Source of the DNA: Escherichia phage vB_EcoM_FT
Sequence record: MT682710.1
Length of the DNA stretch: 64,000 nt
Strand: one strand, 5' to 3'
The notes under the pieces are model-generated. The model made no database searches and had not been told where the DNA came from. It saw nothing but the letters and a program-made list of their open reading frames with translations. Positions 53,037-61,990 of this stretch are shown here, piece after piece. How positions within the stretch are numbered: position 1 is the first letter of the stretch; each line of letters starts with the position of its first letter. The translations under genes were made by a program, and so were the position numbers.

Positions 53037-54058
53037 TAGTTCAGTGCATTTAGTGCATTGTTCAGTTTAGAACGTTGCTTTGTCAGATTTTGAACCCTTG
53101 ACTGAGCTTGTTCTAACGCCTTTTCAGCTTCTAGCACTTCATTGGTCGCTTTAACGAGTTCATCATCTACTGCCTTAAGAGACTTCTCAATCGCATCCGC
53201 GTGCCATTTTTCAACAGGTTTAAGACTCGGATTTTCAACAGGAAGAAAATTCACTTTATTGAATTTCCATGCATCTTTATTACCTGAACTATACATCCAA
53301 AATTTAGGATCGTTTGATAAGTAATTGGATAAATTTAAGTTATCTTGTACTTCTTGCTTTTTCTCTTGCGGGACTTCGTCCTTTCTCAAAAATTCATATT
53401 TAAATGAAACGATCATATCAAGTTCATATGATGTTGTATCTAACTTAAATCGTTCAAAACGAGGTAAAATCTTAGATTGAACAGCAGCAACAACATCCAT
53501 ATACTTAAATGCTTCTGTCAACTGTGATTTAAGGCATTCACAAATTGAAAGAGAATTTTTTGTATTAGGTTTAAAGCTAATTCGTGCAGTTCTATTATTT
53601 TCTTTTAACGGTCTTACTTCCATCTGAAGAGTATAACCATCAAATTTCAGGTTCTTTAAGTTAATATCAGAACCTTTTAATCGACTAGCAGTAGACAAAA
53701 TTTGCTTTAATTGTTTACGGAATAGAGCAATAAATCTCCATTCAAGACGATAATGATTTGGATTGAAAAATCCAGATGATAAATCGACCTTACTCTGACC
53801 AACGCCTTGAACAAATAGAGGATTTTTATAATCAATAGTTTTACAGAAATCGGTGAGCTGCTCACGAGCAGTCATTTGTGTAATATATCCTGCTTCGCTA
53901 AAATTACGCACCCATTCGCTGCTGTTCAAATGTTTAAAGGCATGAATGGAACAATTAACTTTACCAAGGTCTAAATTATTTTCGCACAAAAATGTCATAG
54001 CATCACGAGTATAACTGGCATTACGAACCATATCTTCAATTTGAGAACGAGTTTTCAT
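53036..54058 (-). CDS. coiled-coil protein, paralog family member C
   Basis: 340-aa ORF; N-terminal MKTRSQ; FKYMDVVAAV block; C-terminal coiled coil. Confidence 0.6.
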   Translation of the reverse strand: MKTRSQIEDMVRNASYTRDAMTFLCENNLDLGKVNCSIHAFKHLNSSEWVRNFSEAGYITQMTAREQLTDFCKTIDYKNPLFVQGVGQSKVDLSSGFFNPNHYRLEWRFIALFRKQLKQILSTASRLKGSDINLKNLKFDGYTLQMEVRPLKENNRTARISFKPNTKNSLSICECLKSQLTEAFKYMDVVAAVQSKILPRFERFKLDTTSYELDMIVSFKYEFLRKDEVPQEKKQEVQDNLNLSNYLSNDPKFWMYSSGNKDAWKFNKVNFLPVENPSLKPVEKWHADAIEKSLKAVDDELVKATNEVLEAEKALEQAQSRVQNLTKQRSKLNNALNALN

Positions 54059-54066
54059 AGTGTTCC

Positions 54067-54969
54067 TTAAGATTTAAGTAAATCAACAATTTTAATTAAC
54101 TTTTCACGCTCAGATTTAGCTTTACTACTCAATCCAGATAGTCTGAAAATTTCATCATCATATTGCTGAATAGAAATATTTAGCTCTTCAATCTGCTTAT
54201 TAAAATAAGCAATTTGTTCAGAATGTTTTTCATTACTGCGAACTGGTACAGGTTTTGTAGGTAATTTAGATGAACTGGATTCATCCGGGCGATAAATTAA
54301 AATGCAATTTGAACCAATCGGACATTTAGCACCAGACACATATTCTAATGTTCCAGCTTCTTTTAAAATTTCAAAAGCTAAACAGAGATGATGACCCATA
54401 TTGGCATAATCTGTAGAGTGAGCTCTGACGTAATAATCATCTCCACGAGTGCTAAATTTAAAGCATTTAAGGTCTTCTGTATTATTGGTCTTAAAAATCA
54501 TTTGTTTATCTAGACCTTTAGCTAATCGAGCACCTAATGCTAATAATCGTCGTTGATTTTCCCACAAATCTGCGATCATTTGGTCAAATGATAATTTCGG
54601 CATTAGTCGACCATAAAGGTCGTATCCTTTATTATAATTGCGAAGGATTTCACTCGCATTAATACGAGACAATGCTCCAATTTTATTAAGGGCTTTCATA
54701 ATGCGATTAGATAAACCCATTCCAGACCCGTTTGTTCGCTGCAAATGTTTTTCTAATCCAAATCCAATATCAACTTTAAATTTATCTAAAATTTCAGCAT
54801 GAACATCTCTGTCAATAACATTCAAATCCAAAGTTGGGTTAAATCTATGAAAAAATTTATCTGGCTCTCCACGACGAAGTACAGTCCATTCATTTAATTT
54901 TTTATTAACTAAAGATTTAATTACTGCATTGACATTATTAATTACTACTGACATATTTTCCTCACTCAA
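54067..54969 (-). CDS. coiled-coil protein, possible divergent family member D
   Basis: 300-aa ORF with C-terminal coiled coil; weaker similarity to A-C. Confidence 0.55.
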   Translation of the reverse strand: MSEENMSVVINNVNAVIKSLVNKKLNEWTVLRRGEPDKFFHRFNPTLDLNVIDRDVHAEILDKFKVDIGFGLEKHLQRTNGSGMGLSNRIMKALNKIGALSRINASEILRNYNKGYDLYGRLMPKLSFDQMIADLWENQRRLLALGARLAKGLDKQMIFKTNNTEDLKCFKFSTRGDDYYVRAHSTDYANMGHHLCLAFEILKEAGTLEYVSGAKCPIGSNCILIYRPDESSSSKLPTKPVPVRSNEKHSEQIAYFNKQIEELNISIQQYDDEIFRLSGLSSKAKSEREKLIKIVDLLKS

Positions 54970-55376
54970 TTTTCAATTTTAATTTTACTAAATACGCAGA
55001 ATATGATGGAAAAGACTATATAAGCACCACACACAGATTGAACTAATACCATTCCAAAGAACCAAACAATATTATCAAACAATGTCTGTTTTACGTCGAA
55101 AGGACGTAAACTTACAGTAATATTATCACCTTTTTCTATTGAAGAATACATCTCTGGGGAAATATATTCGCTAAATCTATAACCGTCTTTGAGTTCATAT
55201 ACGGCAATAAACGATAAACTAGACCCTTTTCCTTGTGTTCCTGTAATGGTATTAACTACAGTAACATCATAATCTTTATAATGCATATAATCATTAATTG
55301 CGTAATAACCATATGCAACTACTACACATAAACAACATATCAATAAATTCAATCTTTTAATTATCAACTGTTTCAT
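54966..55376 (-). CDS. membrane protein (two TM helices)
   Basis: 136-aa ORF coupled to upstream gene. Confidence 0.5.
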   Translation of the reverse strand: MKQLIIKRLNLLICCLCVVVAYGYYAINDYMHYKDYDVTVVNTITGTQGKGSSLSFIAVYELKDGYRFSEYISPEMYSSIEKGDNITVSLRPFDVKQTLFDNIVWFFGMVLVQSVCGAYIVFSIIFCVFSKIKIEN

Positions 55377-55431
55377 AATAATCTCAATTAAAAGGGCTTA
55401 GAACCATTATACCATCCTTGGTATAAAGCGG

Positions 55432-55959
55432 TTATGCGAGTACCGTCTTTAACCGTTCTTCAAACTTCCGAAGAGTATTTTGGCGTTCAGCTCTTTGCTT
55501 TTTGTAAGTTTCAATACGCTCTGAAATGAGAGTGTATCGTTCATTTACTGATTCTTTCATAAAATCAGGAATTTCACGAGAAGCTTTAATCTCGTCAAAT
55601 TTATCAATAACAGCTTGCTCTTCAGCAATTAAGTTATCATACATTAAAATATCTTTCTTGATGAACTCAATATCTTCTTGAGTTACACGAGATAATTTAG
55701 ATGCTTTATCCTTTTTGTACTGTTCGTTAGTATCACGAGACCAGTGCAATGTACGATTTTTATTCGTATTCTTGTAAATTTCTACAATACCAATCTCATC
55801 GATAATAACGATCCAATTCCAACGAGATTTGTAAATTTGTCCTCCGTCAACCGTGATTTCACCTCCGATTGAGATGTCATTAAAGAACTTGCTTTGTGCT
55901 TCTGATTTAAATTTACCATCGTTGTAATTTACCAGGTTGAAAATATCTTTAGCGTTCAT
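55432..55959 (-). CDS. hypothetical protein with C-terminal coiled coil
   Basis: 175-aa ORF behind promoter/leader cassette 55961..56017. Confidence 0.55.
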   Translation of the reverse strand: MNAKDIFNLVNYNDGKFKSEAQSKFFNDISIGGEITVDGGQIYKSRWNWIVIIDEIGIVEIYKNTNKNRTLHWSRDTNEQYKKDKASKLSRVTQEDIEFIKKDILMYDNLIAEEQAVIDKFDEIKASREIPDFMKESVNERYTLISERIETYKKQRAERQNTLRKFEERLKTVLA

Positions 55960-55987
55960 TTTGTGTTCCTCCGTAGTTGATAGTTGT

Positions 55988-56017
55988 ATAGTACCACAAA
56001 GGAACAGTCTTGTAAAC
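55988..56017 (-). promoter_or_regulatory. early promoter (GTTTAC-N18-TACTAT), repeat-family copy
   Basis: with conserved leader ending in GGAGGAAC. Confidence 0.55.
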
Positions 56018-56019
56018 CG

Positions 56020-56334
56020 CTAAAAGAAACTTCTTTCACAATTTTTTCCACTGAACCACGCGCTCACCGCTTTCTTAGTCTCAGGAGCAGTGTTATCCAT
56101 AAACCATTCAAAAGCAGCCTTTTTATGATTCTGGAGGGCTTCTCGGGCTTTAATCTGCTCACGGTCTATTAACACTAACATATGAGCCTTTCTTGTCACC
56201 AAGGGCTTCTTATGATTCTTGGAGTATTCCCAGTCATTTGTCCAACGCATTGTCGTTGCGAACTGATGAACCGCGTCTTTAATTTTAGTTTCGTAAATTT
56301 CACGAGCCTTTGAGTATAACATCACTACCTCCAT
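56020..56334 (-). CDS. hypothetical protein
   Basis: 104-aa ORF. Confidence 0.5.
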   Translation of the reverse strand: MEVVMLYSKAREIYETKIKDAVHQFATTMRWTNDWEYSKNHKKPLVTRKAHMLVLIDREQIKAREALQNHKKAAFEWFMDNTAPETKKAVSAWFSGKNCERSFF

Positions 56335-56424
56335 TTACCAGTTTAATTCTAGTCATCTTTTTGATGGCAGTCCATATAATCTATTTCTGAACTGCCTTTT
56401 TGTCTTAGAAGGCCTCTTATGAAT

Positions 56425-57393
56425 TTATTTCAGAAGAGTAACCTCAGCGATTTCTTGCCAACCATTTTTGTCGGTCATAATAAAGTCAGCAAGATAAAGT
56501 GCAGTACGCAGTGAAACATTGCGTAAACGGTTAACATTGACTTTCATCCATGATAATGCTTTATAAGTTTCTTCATCAGAAAGACCGCGCTTTTGCATCA
56601 TGTCGGTTGAAAGAATAACATCTTCAACCCTGACCATAATTTCTTCATTAGTGTGAACACCCAAATCTAAATAAACTGAGCGGGACACTAATGCTTGTAA
56701 ATGTGGAGCAAGTTTAGTACCACGGTCTAATTCGCGGTCAATGTCAACGTTTGTGATAAAAACAATCGTTCCTTTAAATTCAAACTCACGCTCAATGCCT
56801 TTTTCTTCTAAGTAAGAAGATGCAGTGCTCCAGCAGACTTTACGGGTCTCTCCGGTGTCCAGAGCGGCTTTTAGAAGATTAAGAATGTCCATATCAGAGA
56901 AAACATCCACATCATCAATCAAAAGGACAGAATTCTCTTCACGATTATTCCAGAGCTGTTCATAAAGACCAATACCAGAGATTTTACCGTTAATGCTTTT
57001 ATATTCAATGTATCCATTATCATTTGCTTTATTCAAAGCTTTATCTAAAGAATACGTTTTACCAATACCCGCCGCACCAGAGATAATTAATGAACGAATG
57101 TTTCCGTTAATAATACCATTCGTCATCATTCCCATAACATTAAATCTTTTATTAATGCGGGTTTTCATATCTTCATATGATTCTTTAACTTCTTCAACTT
57201 TTACACCATCATATGAAATGTCTGATTTGTAAACCCAAACACCGCGACGTTTACCGTCAATTTCAACAAAAACTTTACCATCTCCTTGTGCATCTACCGG
57301 AGCATTATCTGGGAACCATTCACCTAAGAGCTCAAAAGTTCCAGAGATTTCTTTACCGAAGTAGATACCCTTATTGATAGTTACAGTTTTCAT
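56425..57393 (-). CDS. AAA+/P-loop ATPase
   Basis: 322-aa ORF; Walker A GAAGIGKT, Walker B LLIDDVD; about 100-aa N-terminal extra domain. Confidence 0.7.
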   Translation of the reverse strand: MKTVTINKGIYFGKEISGTFELLGEWFPDNAPVDAQGDGKVFVEIDGKRRGVWVYKSDISYDGVKVEEVKESYEDMKTRINKRFNVMGMMTNGIINGNIRSLIISGAAGIGKTYSLDKALNKANDNGYIEYKSINGKISGIGLYEQLWNNREENSVLLIDDVDVFSDMDILNLLKAALDTGETRKVCWSTASSYLEEKGIEREFEFKGTIVFITNVDIDRELDRGTKLAPHLQALVSRSVYLDLGVHTNEEIMVRVEDVILSTDMMQKRGLSDEETYKALSWMKVNVNRLRNVSLRTALYLADFIMTDKNGWQEIAEVTLLK

Positions 57394-57450
57394 TTTATTC
57401 TCCTTTGATTTGATAGGACTACTATAACATAATCCTATCAGTTTGTATAC

Positions 57451-57651
57451 TTATTTTGACATTTCTTCGATGTCACGACGATACCCGTCACGAACTTCAC
57501 GAAGAGCTTCAAGGCCACACATAGGCTCGATACCAGTAATGTGAACTTGATTAATCTGATACTCTACATCTTCTAACTGAGCGAAAACATAACGACGTTC
57601 AGCTGCACAACCAGATTTAGCTTTACCGAAACGTTTATTCAAAGTAGTCAT
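57451..57651 (-). CDS. hypothetical protein
   Basis: 66-aa ORF behind promoter 57690..57719. Confidence 0.45.
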   Translation of the reverse strand: MTTLNKRFGKAKSGCAAERRYVFAQLEDVEYQINQVHITGIEPMCGLEALREVRDGYRRDIEEMSK

Positions 57652-57689
57652 TTTGTATCTCCAATTTACTCATTTGTTTTGATAGGTCT

Positions 57690-57719
57690 ATAGTATCAAC
57701 AACTACAGACCATGTAAAC
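57690..57719 (-). promoter_or_regulatory. early promoter (GTTTAC-N18-TACTAT)
   Basis: upstream of 57451..57651. Confidence 0.5.
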
Positions 57720-57722
57720 AAT

Positions 57723-57986
57723 TTATTTTAATTTTCGCCAAATTTTTACTGCTTCTCGCCTCGATACTTCTACGGCGCCAAGTTCTATAGCTTTTTGACG
57801 ACGACTTGCACGTAAGTCATAATGTTTAATGCGTTTATCTTGAAACCAAGAACGTTTCATTCCTATTGCTTCTGCCATTTCGTGAAGCTCTTCAATATCT
57901 CCATCAGTGAACATATGACAATTTTTAGTTGGATGACCGCGAAGTTTCCATCCATGATTCATTAAAACATCTACGTAAACTGTCAT
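57723..57986 (-). CDS. hypothetical protein
   Basis: 87-aa ORF; preceded by an untracked 49-aa ORF (about 57983..58132) with overlapping stop/start. Confidence 0.5.
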   Translation of the reverse strand: MTVYVDVLMNHGWKLRGHPTKNCHMFTDGDIEELHEMAEAIGMKRSWFQDKRIKHYDLRASRRQKAIELGAVEVSRREAVKIWRKLK

Positions 57987-58168
57987 TGATTCTTCTCCAA
58001 ATAAGTTTCGATAATTTTCTGGGCGAGATAAACCGCGTTATCTTCAGTTGCGTCTTCTAAGAAACTTTCAAAACACTCTGAAATTTCTTCTGTATCAATC
58101 AACTTTTTTACTTCAATTGGTGTAATTTTCATTTTGTTTTCCGTTTAAGTGTTTGTTTTGATAGTTGT

Positions 58169-58198
58169 ATAGTACCATAAAGCTTTATGCTTGTAAAC
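58169..58198 (-). promoter_or_regulatory. early promoter, downstream copy of the direct repeat flanking the ART-like ORF
   Basis: GTTTAC-N18-TACTAT; preceded by hairpin and repeat gtaaacaactttgtgaaaaatttttgaaataaaaa. Confidence 0.55.
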
Positions 58199-58254
58199 AA
58201 CTTTGTGAAAAATTTTTGAAATAAAAAGGGGACCTCTAGGGCCCCTTTATGCTT

Positions 58255-58755
58255 TTATTCCATTTCTATTATATGCATGCTCTTTTTGCTATCAAAATAT
58301 ATGTTTTTAACTGTTAACTCCGAATTAATTGGCAATAAAAACTCTCTTTCATAATCCACCATAGAAAGATTATCATAAAGCTTATTAAGCTTATCATCAT
58401 CAATCTGGCCAGATTCTTCAATTGCGATTAAATTTTCTAAAATTTCAATCATAGCAGTTGAATAGTCAAAAACGTTTGCATTTTTTAACACTATTAAAAC
58501 ATTAGTCATATAGCGTTCTGCTGCAAATGTTTCAGCTATATGGGATTCACTACTAAAGGAAGTTATTCTTTTAAATTTGATTCTCCTATTAACTTCAAAC
58601 TTATGAGATAGTACTTCCTCTATTGTAAGTCCTCTAAAAAGTACGTCTTTAATCTCAAGTTTGTCTTTAATGTAATCATTAACACGCTTATGATTAAAAT
58701 CATTAATTTTGTTGCCAAGGCATTTCATTAAAATATGCATTGTGTTTCTCTTCAA
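58255..58755 (-). CDS. putative mono-ADP-ribosyltransferase (ModA/ModB-like R-S-ExE signature)
   Basis: 166-aa ORF; LFRG (R41), SFS (66-68), EREFLLP (136-142), spacing nearly identical to ModA in this window; flanked by promoter-hairpin direct repeats. Confidence 0.5.
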   Translation of the reverse strand: MKRNTMHILMKCLGNKINDFNHKRVNDYIKDKLEIKDVLFRGLTIEEVLSHKFEVNRRIKFKRITSFSSESHIAETFAAERYMTNVLIVLKNANVFDYSTAMIEILENLIAIEESGQIDDDKLNKLYDNLSMVDYEREFLLPINSELTVKNIYFDSKKSMHIIEME

Positions 58756-58789
58756 TTTTTAAAGAACGATTAATTAACTACAAATATAT

Positions 58790-58818
58790 TATAATATGCT
58801 TTATGATAGAAGTAAACA
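58790..58818 (-). promoter_or_regulatory. early promoter, upstream copy of the direct repeat flanking the ART-like ORF
   Basis: GTTTAC present, -10 less clear; same about 35-bp repeat as at 58191..58225. Confidence 0.45.
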
Positions 58819-58848
58819 ACTTTGTGAAAAATTTTTGAAATAAAAAAA

Positions 58849-58864
58849 GGAGCCCGAAGGCTCC
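58849..58864 (-). terminator. GC stem-loop with UUCG-type tetraloop downstream of NTase gene
   Basis: ggagcccgaaggctcc then T-run on minus strand. Confidence 0.55.
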
Positions 58865-58867
58865 CTA

Positions 58868-59881
58868 TCATTTATAATAACTTCGGTGGTTTTCAAGATA
58901 GACCTTCTCAAGGAAGTCATCCCAGAAACTCATGTCTACTTTTTGTTGCATACCGTTCTTAGAAGCTTCAGTAGATGCTGCTTCTACTTGATCGACCACA
59001 TCTTCCAAAAACTCTTGAACTGTTTTAAATGGATGTTTACCCAACTTCACGTCGAGAATAAATGGAGCATCTTGAAGTGGATAAACCAAGTCACCAGTTT
59101 TGTAAATTTCCAATAGTTGGAGTCCACCACGGCAAGCATGACTCAAAGCTTTCCAGTCAATACCTTCATTGGCTTCGGCCTTACGAGCACGTTCACCATA
59201 TTCAGCATCTAATTTGTTCAGTGACTGCTTAAGCTCAATAAGAGAAAGCGTTGTCTGATATTTACGACCCAACACAGTGTAGAACGTTTGTGGGCCTGTT
59301 TTCTCATGATTATGGAACACCCATTCACAGAATTCGTTTTCTGGAAGACGATGCTTAATATCTTCAACTTTAGTACGACGCTGCTTAATAGAACCATCTT
59401 CTTGGTAATCAACCCATTGCTCAGGGATTTGATTAACTACTTTCAATACATCGCGTAATGCAGCCAAACGAGAACCCTTGACACCGTATTTAGAAGCTTG
59501 CTTGCGGACATATCCTAAATATGATTTCATGTTAGTCGTATAAAAACGAGAACGGTTGTCTTGAATAAACTTCCACACATCAGGCAAATCTGATTTAACC
59601 ACTAGTTCAGGTGGAGTGTGAAGCATATCCAATGCTACAGTTTCACCATCTGCTGCTAATTTAAAGAAATATTTAAGACTGTATAGTTCATGGTCAATAT
59701 CATCTTTAGTGTTTTTAGATGATGTGTTGTTAGTGTTTTTACTCATATGCTCTTTAACATTTCCAATAAGAATATCGCGAGCAGGAGGAACAAAGATTTC
59801 TTTAAAATCTACATCAGATTCTGGAGTAGAAGTTCCATAAAGATGACTACCAAAATAGCTTTTCATTACTGTTTTCATCAT
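58868..59881 (-). CDS. predicted nucleotidyltransferase (Pol-beta-like NTase fold)
   Basis: 337-aa ORF; N-terminal FGSHLYGTSTPESDVDF fits hG[GS]x9-13Dh[DE]h; start overlaps stop of upstream membrane ORF. Confidence 0.55.
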   Translation of the reverse strand: MMKTVMKSYFGSHLYGTSTPESDVDFKEIFVPPARDILIGNVKEHMSKNTNNTSSKNTKDDIDHELYSLKYFFKLAADGETVALDMLHTPPELVVKSDLPDVWKFIQDNRSRFYTTNMKSYLGYVRKQASKYGVKGSRLAALRDVLKVVNQIPEQWVDYQEDGSIKQRRTKVEDIKHRLPENEFCEWVFHNHEKTGPQTFYTVLGRKYQTTLSLIELKQSLNKLDAEYGERARKAEANEGIDWKALSHACRGGLQLLEIYKTGDLVYPLQDAPFILDVKLGKHPFKTVQEFLEDVVDQVEAASTEASKNGMQQKVDMSFWDDFLEKVYLENHRSYYK

Positions 59882-60339
59882 TCAGCCTTATATTCAATAA
59901 CTGGACATACTTTAGCTTTACGAGCTTTTAAAAATTCGACGATAATCGATTTCTTGGGTTGAATAGGAGGTAAACCTTTATACGCCCTATCAATATTTTC
60001 TGCGTGTAAAGCATAATCCTTTTTCCATTTATAATCTTTATATTTTTCACGCAAATGTGCAGGAATAACAAATGAACCAATAATAAGTAAAACAACCAAA
60101 AGCGCAAGTATAAATGCTGATGGAATAAGAGTCCATAAACTACCAAAAATAAGCCATTTCTGTATGATTTCTGCACAGATGATAGTTAGACCTACGAGTA
60201 TAGTACATCCGAAAAAAGAAACGAAAAATGTAGGAATGGCAATAGACCAAAAATATGCGCATAGTGTCTTAGGTCGTTTCCATTCATCATTAAACATTTT
60301 GAATAATTTATAGTGCCAAGAGTTTTCATTAATAATCAT
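59878..60339 (-). CDS. membrane protein (2-3 TM helices) coupled to the nucleotidyltransferase gene
   Basis: 153-aa hydrophobic ORF; 4-nt overlap with downstream NTase ORF. Confidence 0.55.
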   Translation of the reverse strand: MIINENSWHYKLFKMFNDEWKRPKTLCAYFWSIAIPTFFVSFFGCTILVGLTIICAEIIQKWLIFGSLWTLIPSAFILALLVVLLIIGSFVIPAHLREKYKDYKWKKDYALHAENIDRAYKGLPPIQPKKSIIVEFLKARKAKVCPVIEYKAE

Positions 60340-60341
60340 AA

Positions 60342-60863
60342 TTATCCTTTCATTGAAGGCGTAACAGTTGTTAAATACTTAATCATAGCTTCAGCTTCTG
60401 ATTTTGATAATGAAATTTCTCCATTGTTTTGACGAATAGAAATAAAATCCGGATGACGGTCACCACCAGCTTTTAAAACACACATATAAGTATCAGTTTC
60501 ATCTTCAATATTTGAAATGATTGAAGCAGTTCCACACGAATGTGGTTTTTGATAAATCAATACAGCTTTTCTTCCACCATTTGACTGTTCATAAACTTTT
60601 AATACATCAAACAAATCACTTCTTTTATCAATAGCTAAGATGTTGTTTTCATCTTCAATGTTAAATCCTTCGGATACTTCATAAAGTGTCACCCATAAAT
60701 CACCTATATCGATAGTAGCATTTTCCTTTCCATGACTTTCAAGAGCATGACAAATTTTCTTGATTTCGTCATAACTCATTTTAATAATATCATCTCCTTG
60801 AATAAGGAAGATGTCATTTTTAAATTCAACACGAATTAAACCACTTCCACTTGAAATAAACAT
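60342..60863 (-). CDS. hypothetical protein, tandem paralog 1
   Basis: 173-aa ORF; C-terminus ISLSKSEAEAMIKYLTTVTPSM parallels the next ORF. Confidence 0.55.
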   Translation of the reverse strand: MFISSGSGLIRVEFKNDIFLIQGDDIIKMSYDEIKKICHALESHGKENATIDIGDLWVTLYEVSEGFNIEDENNILAIDKRSDLFDVLKVYEQSNGGRKAVLIYQKPHSCGTASIISNIEDETDTYMCVLKAGGDRHPDFISIRQNNGEISLSKSEAEAMIKYLTTVTPSMKG

Positions 60864-60869
60864 ATTTCC

Positions 60870-61424
60870 TCACTTTGAAATCATAGTTGGAATGACAGAA
60901 TCAAGATAAGTCTTTAGCGCAATAGCTTCGTCTTTGGTAAATGTGACAATATGTGATCGAAAATCGTCAATTTGGCGAATAGTTAAGACATCTCCCTCTT
61001 CATAACATTTTGATACATTTAAAAGAGTTTCATCATTCTGATTGCAAGCGCTAGTAATAATAGCATTGCAATTTTTGAGCCATTTTAAACTATGTTTTCT
61101 TTCATTAGAATAATAAAAATATTTAATCTTAGCTATAAAACTATCCCAATGGATAACTGATAAACACATTGACTCACTTTGAATATTAAATCCTGGGCAT
61201 GAAGAATAAAAATGAATTTTGTGCTCATCATTGATGCTTACTATTTTATCAGTATAAGGATATTCAATTTGGGTTAAATGAATAATTTCACTAGGTGTAA
61301 AATATAGCATATCGTCTTCTTGCGTCAAACGATACATATTATTTACTTTTTCTATAGCCAATTCACCAAAAAGTGGACTAACTTCTAATACTAATCGTTT
61401 CATATTAATCCTTTTTATTGGCAC
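60870..61424 (-). CDS. hypothetical protein, tandem paralog 2
   Basis: 184-aa ORF; C-terminus VTFTKDEAIALKTYLDSVIPTM. Confidence 0.55.
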   Translation of the reverse strand: MPIKRINMKRLVLEVSPLFGELAIEKVNNMYRLTQEDDMLYFTPSEIIHLTQIEYPYTDKIVSINDEHKIHFYSSCPGFNIQSESMCLSVIHWDSFIAKIKYFYYSNERKHSLKWLKNCNAIITSACNQNDETLLNVSKCYEEGDVLTIRQIDDFRSHIVTFTKDEAIALKTYLDSVIPTMISK

Positions 61425-61683
61425 GAATTTGTTCTAAAATTTTAGAATATTCCTTTGTATCAGATTTACGTACAATTGATACACTATAAGGCATACTATC
61501 GGTGTCTTTTATAAAGCGTTCCAAATGACACTCTAACAAAATTTCTGGATTATAAATCGTGTACATCAAATTACCTGTTGCTCCACGATATTGGCAGATT
61601 TCTACTGATTGAACACCATTCCATAATTTTGTTAAAACTAAATCACCTACTTCTAATTTAGGAAAGCCCATGTTATTCACCAA
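61405..61683 (-). CDS. hypothetical protein
   Basis: 92-aa ORF. Confidence 0.5.
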   Translation of the reverse strand: MVNNMGFPKLEVGDLVLTKLWNGVQSVEICQYRGATGNLMYTIYNPEILLECHLERFIKDTDSMPYSVSIVRKSDTKEYSKILEQIRANKKD

Positions 61684-61858
61684 TTAAAGTTTCAATATAA
61701 GAATCAAGATTTACTTTAGCTTCTTCCATAAGAGTTTTGTATTTAATCTTGTTAGCATGTCCGGAGAAAGCTGATTCATCAATAATTGTTGATGTATGAA
61801 CAGCTTTACTATACGTCTCAATTAATTCTCTTAATTTAAAAGCCTGCTCACTTGTCAT
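61673..61858 (-). CDS. hypothetical protein
   Basis: 61-aa ORF. Confidence 0.45.
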   Translation of the reverse strand: MTSEQAFKLRELIETYSKAVHTSTIIDESAFSGHANKIKYKTLMEEAKVNLDSYIETLIGE

Positions 61859-61990
61859 TACATACTCCTTTGAATAATATCAATAATGTTGTTCACCAGA
61901 TTATAAGTAAACATTGGGTAATTATATTGAATCATCACATACACAACAAACAAAACTTTCATTCTCTTCTCCTTGGCAGTTGACAAGATT

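Noticed and set aside
57723-57986. Possible DUF4031-like assignment for the 87-aa ORF
   Set aside because: Based only on vague motif recollection (YVD...HM.TD..ELH....G.....Q......HYDL); too weak to assert without an HMM search.
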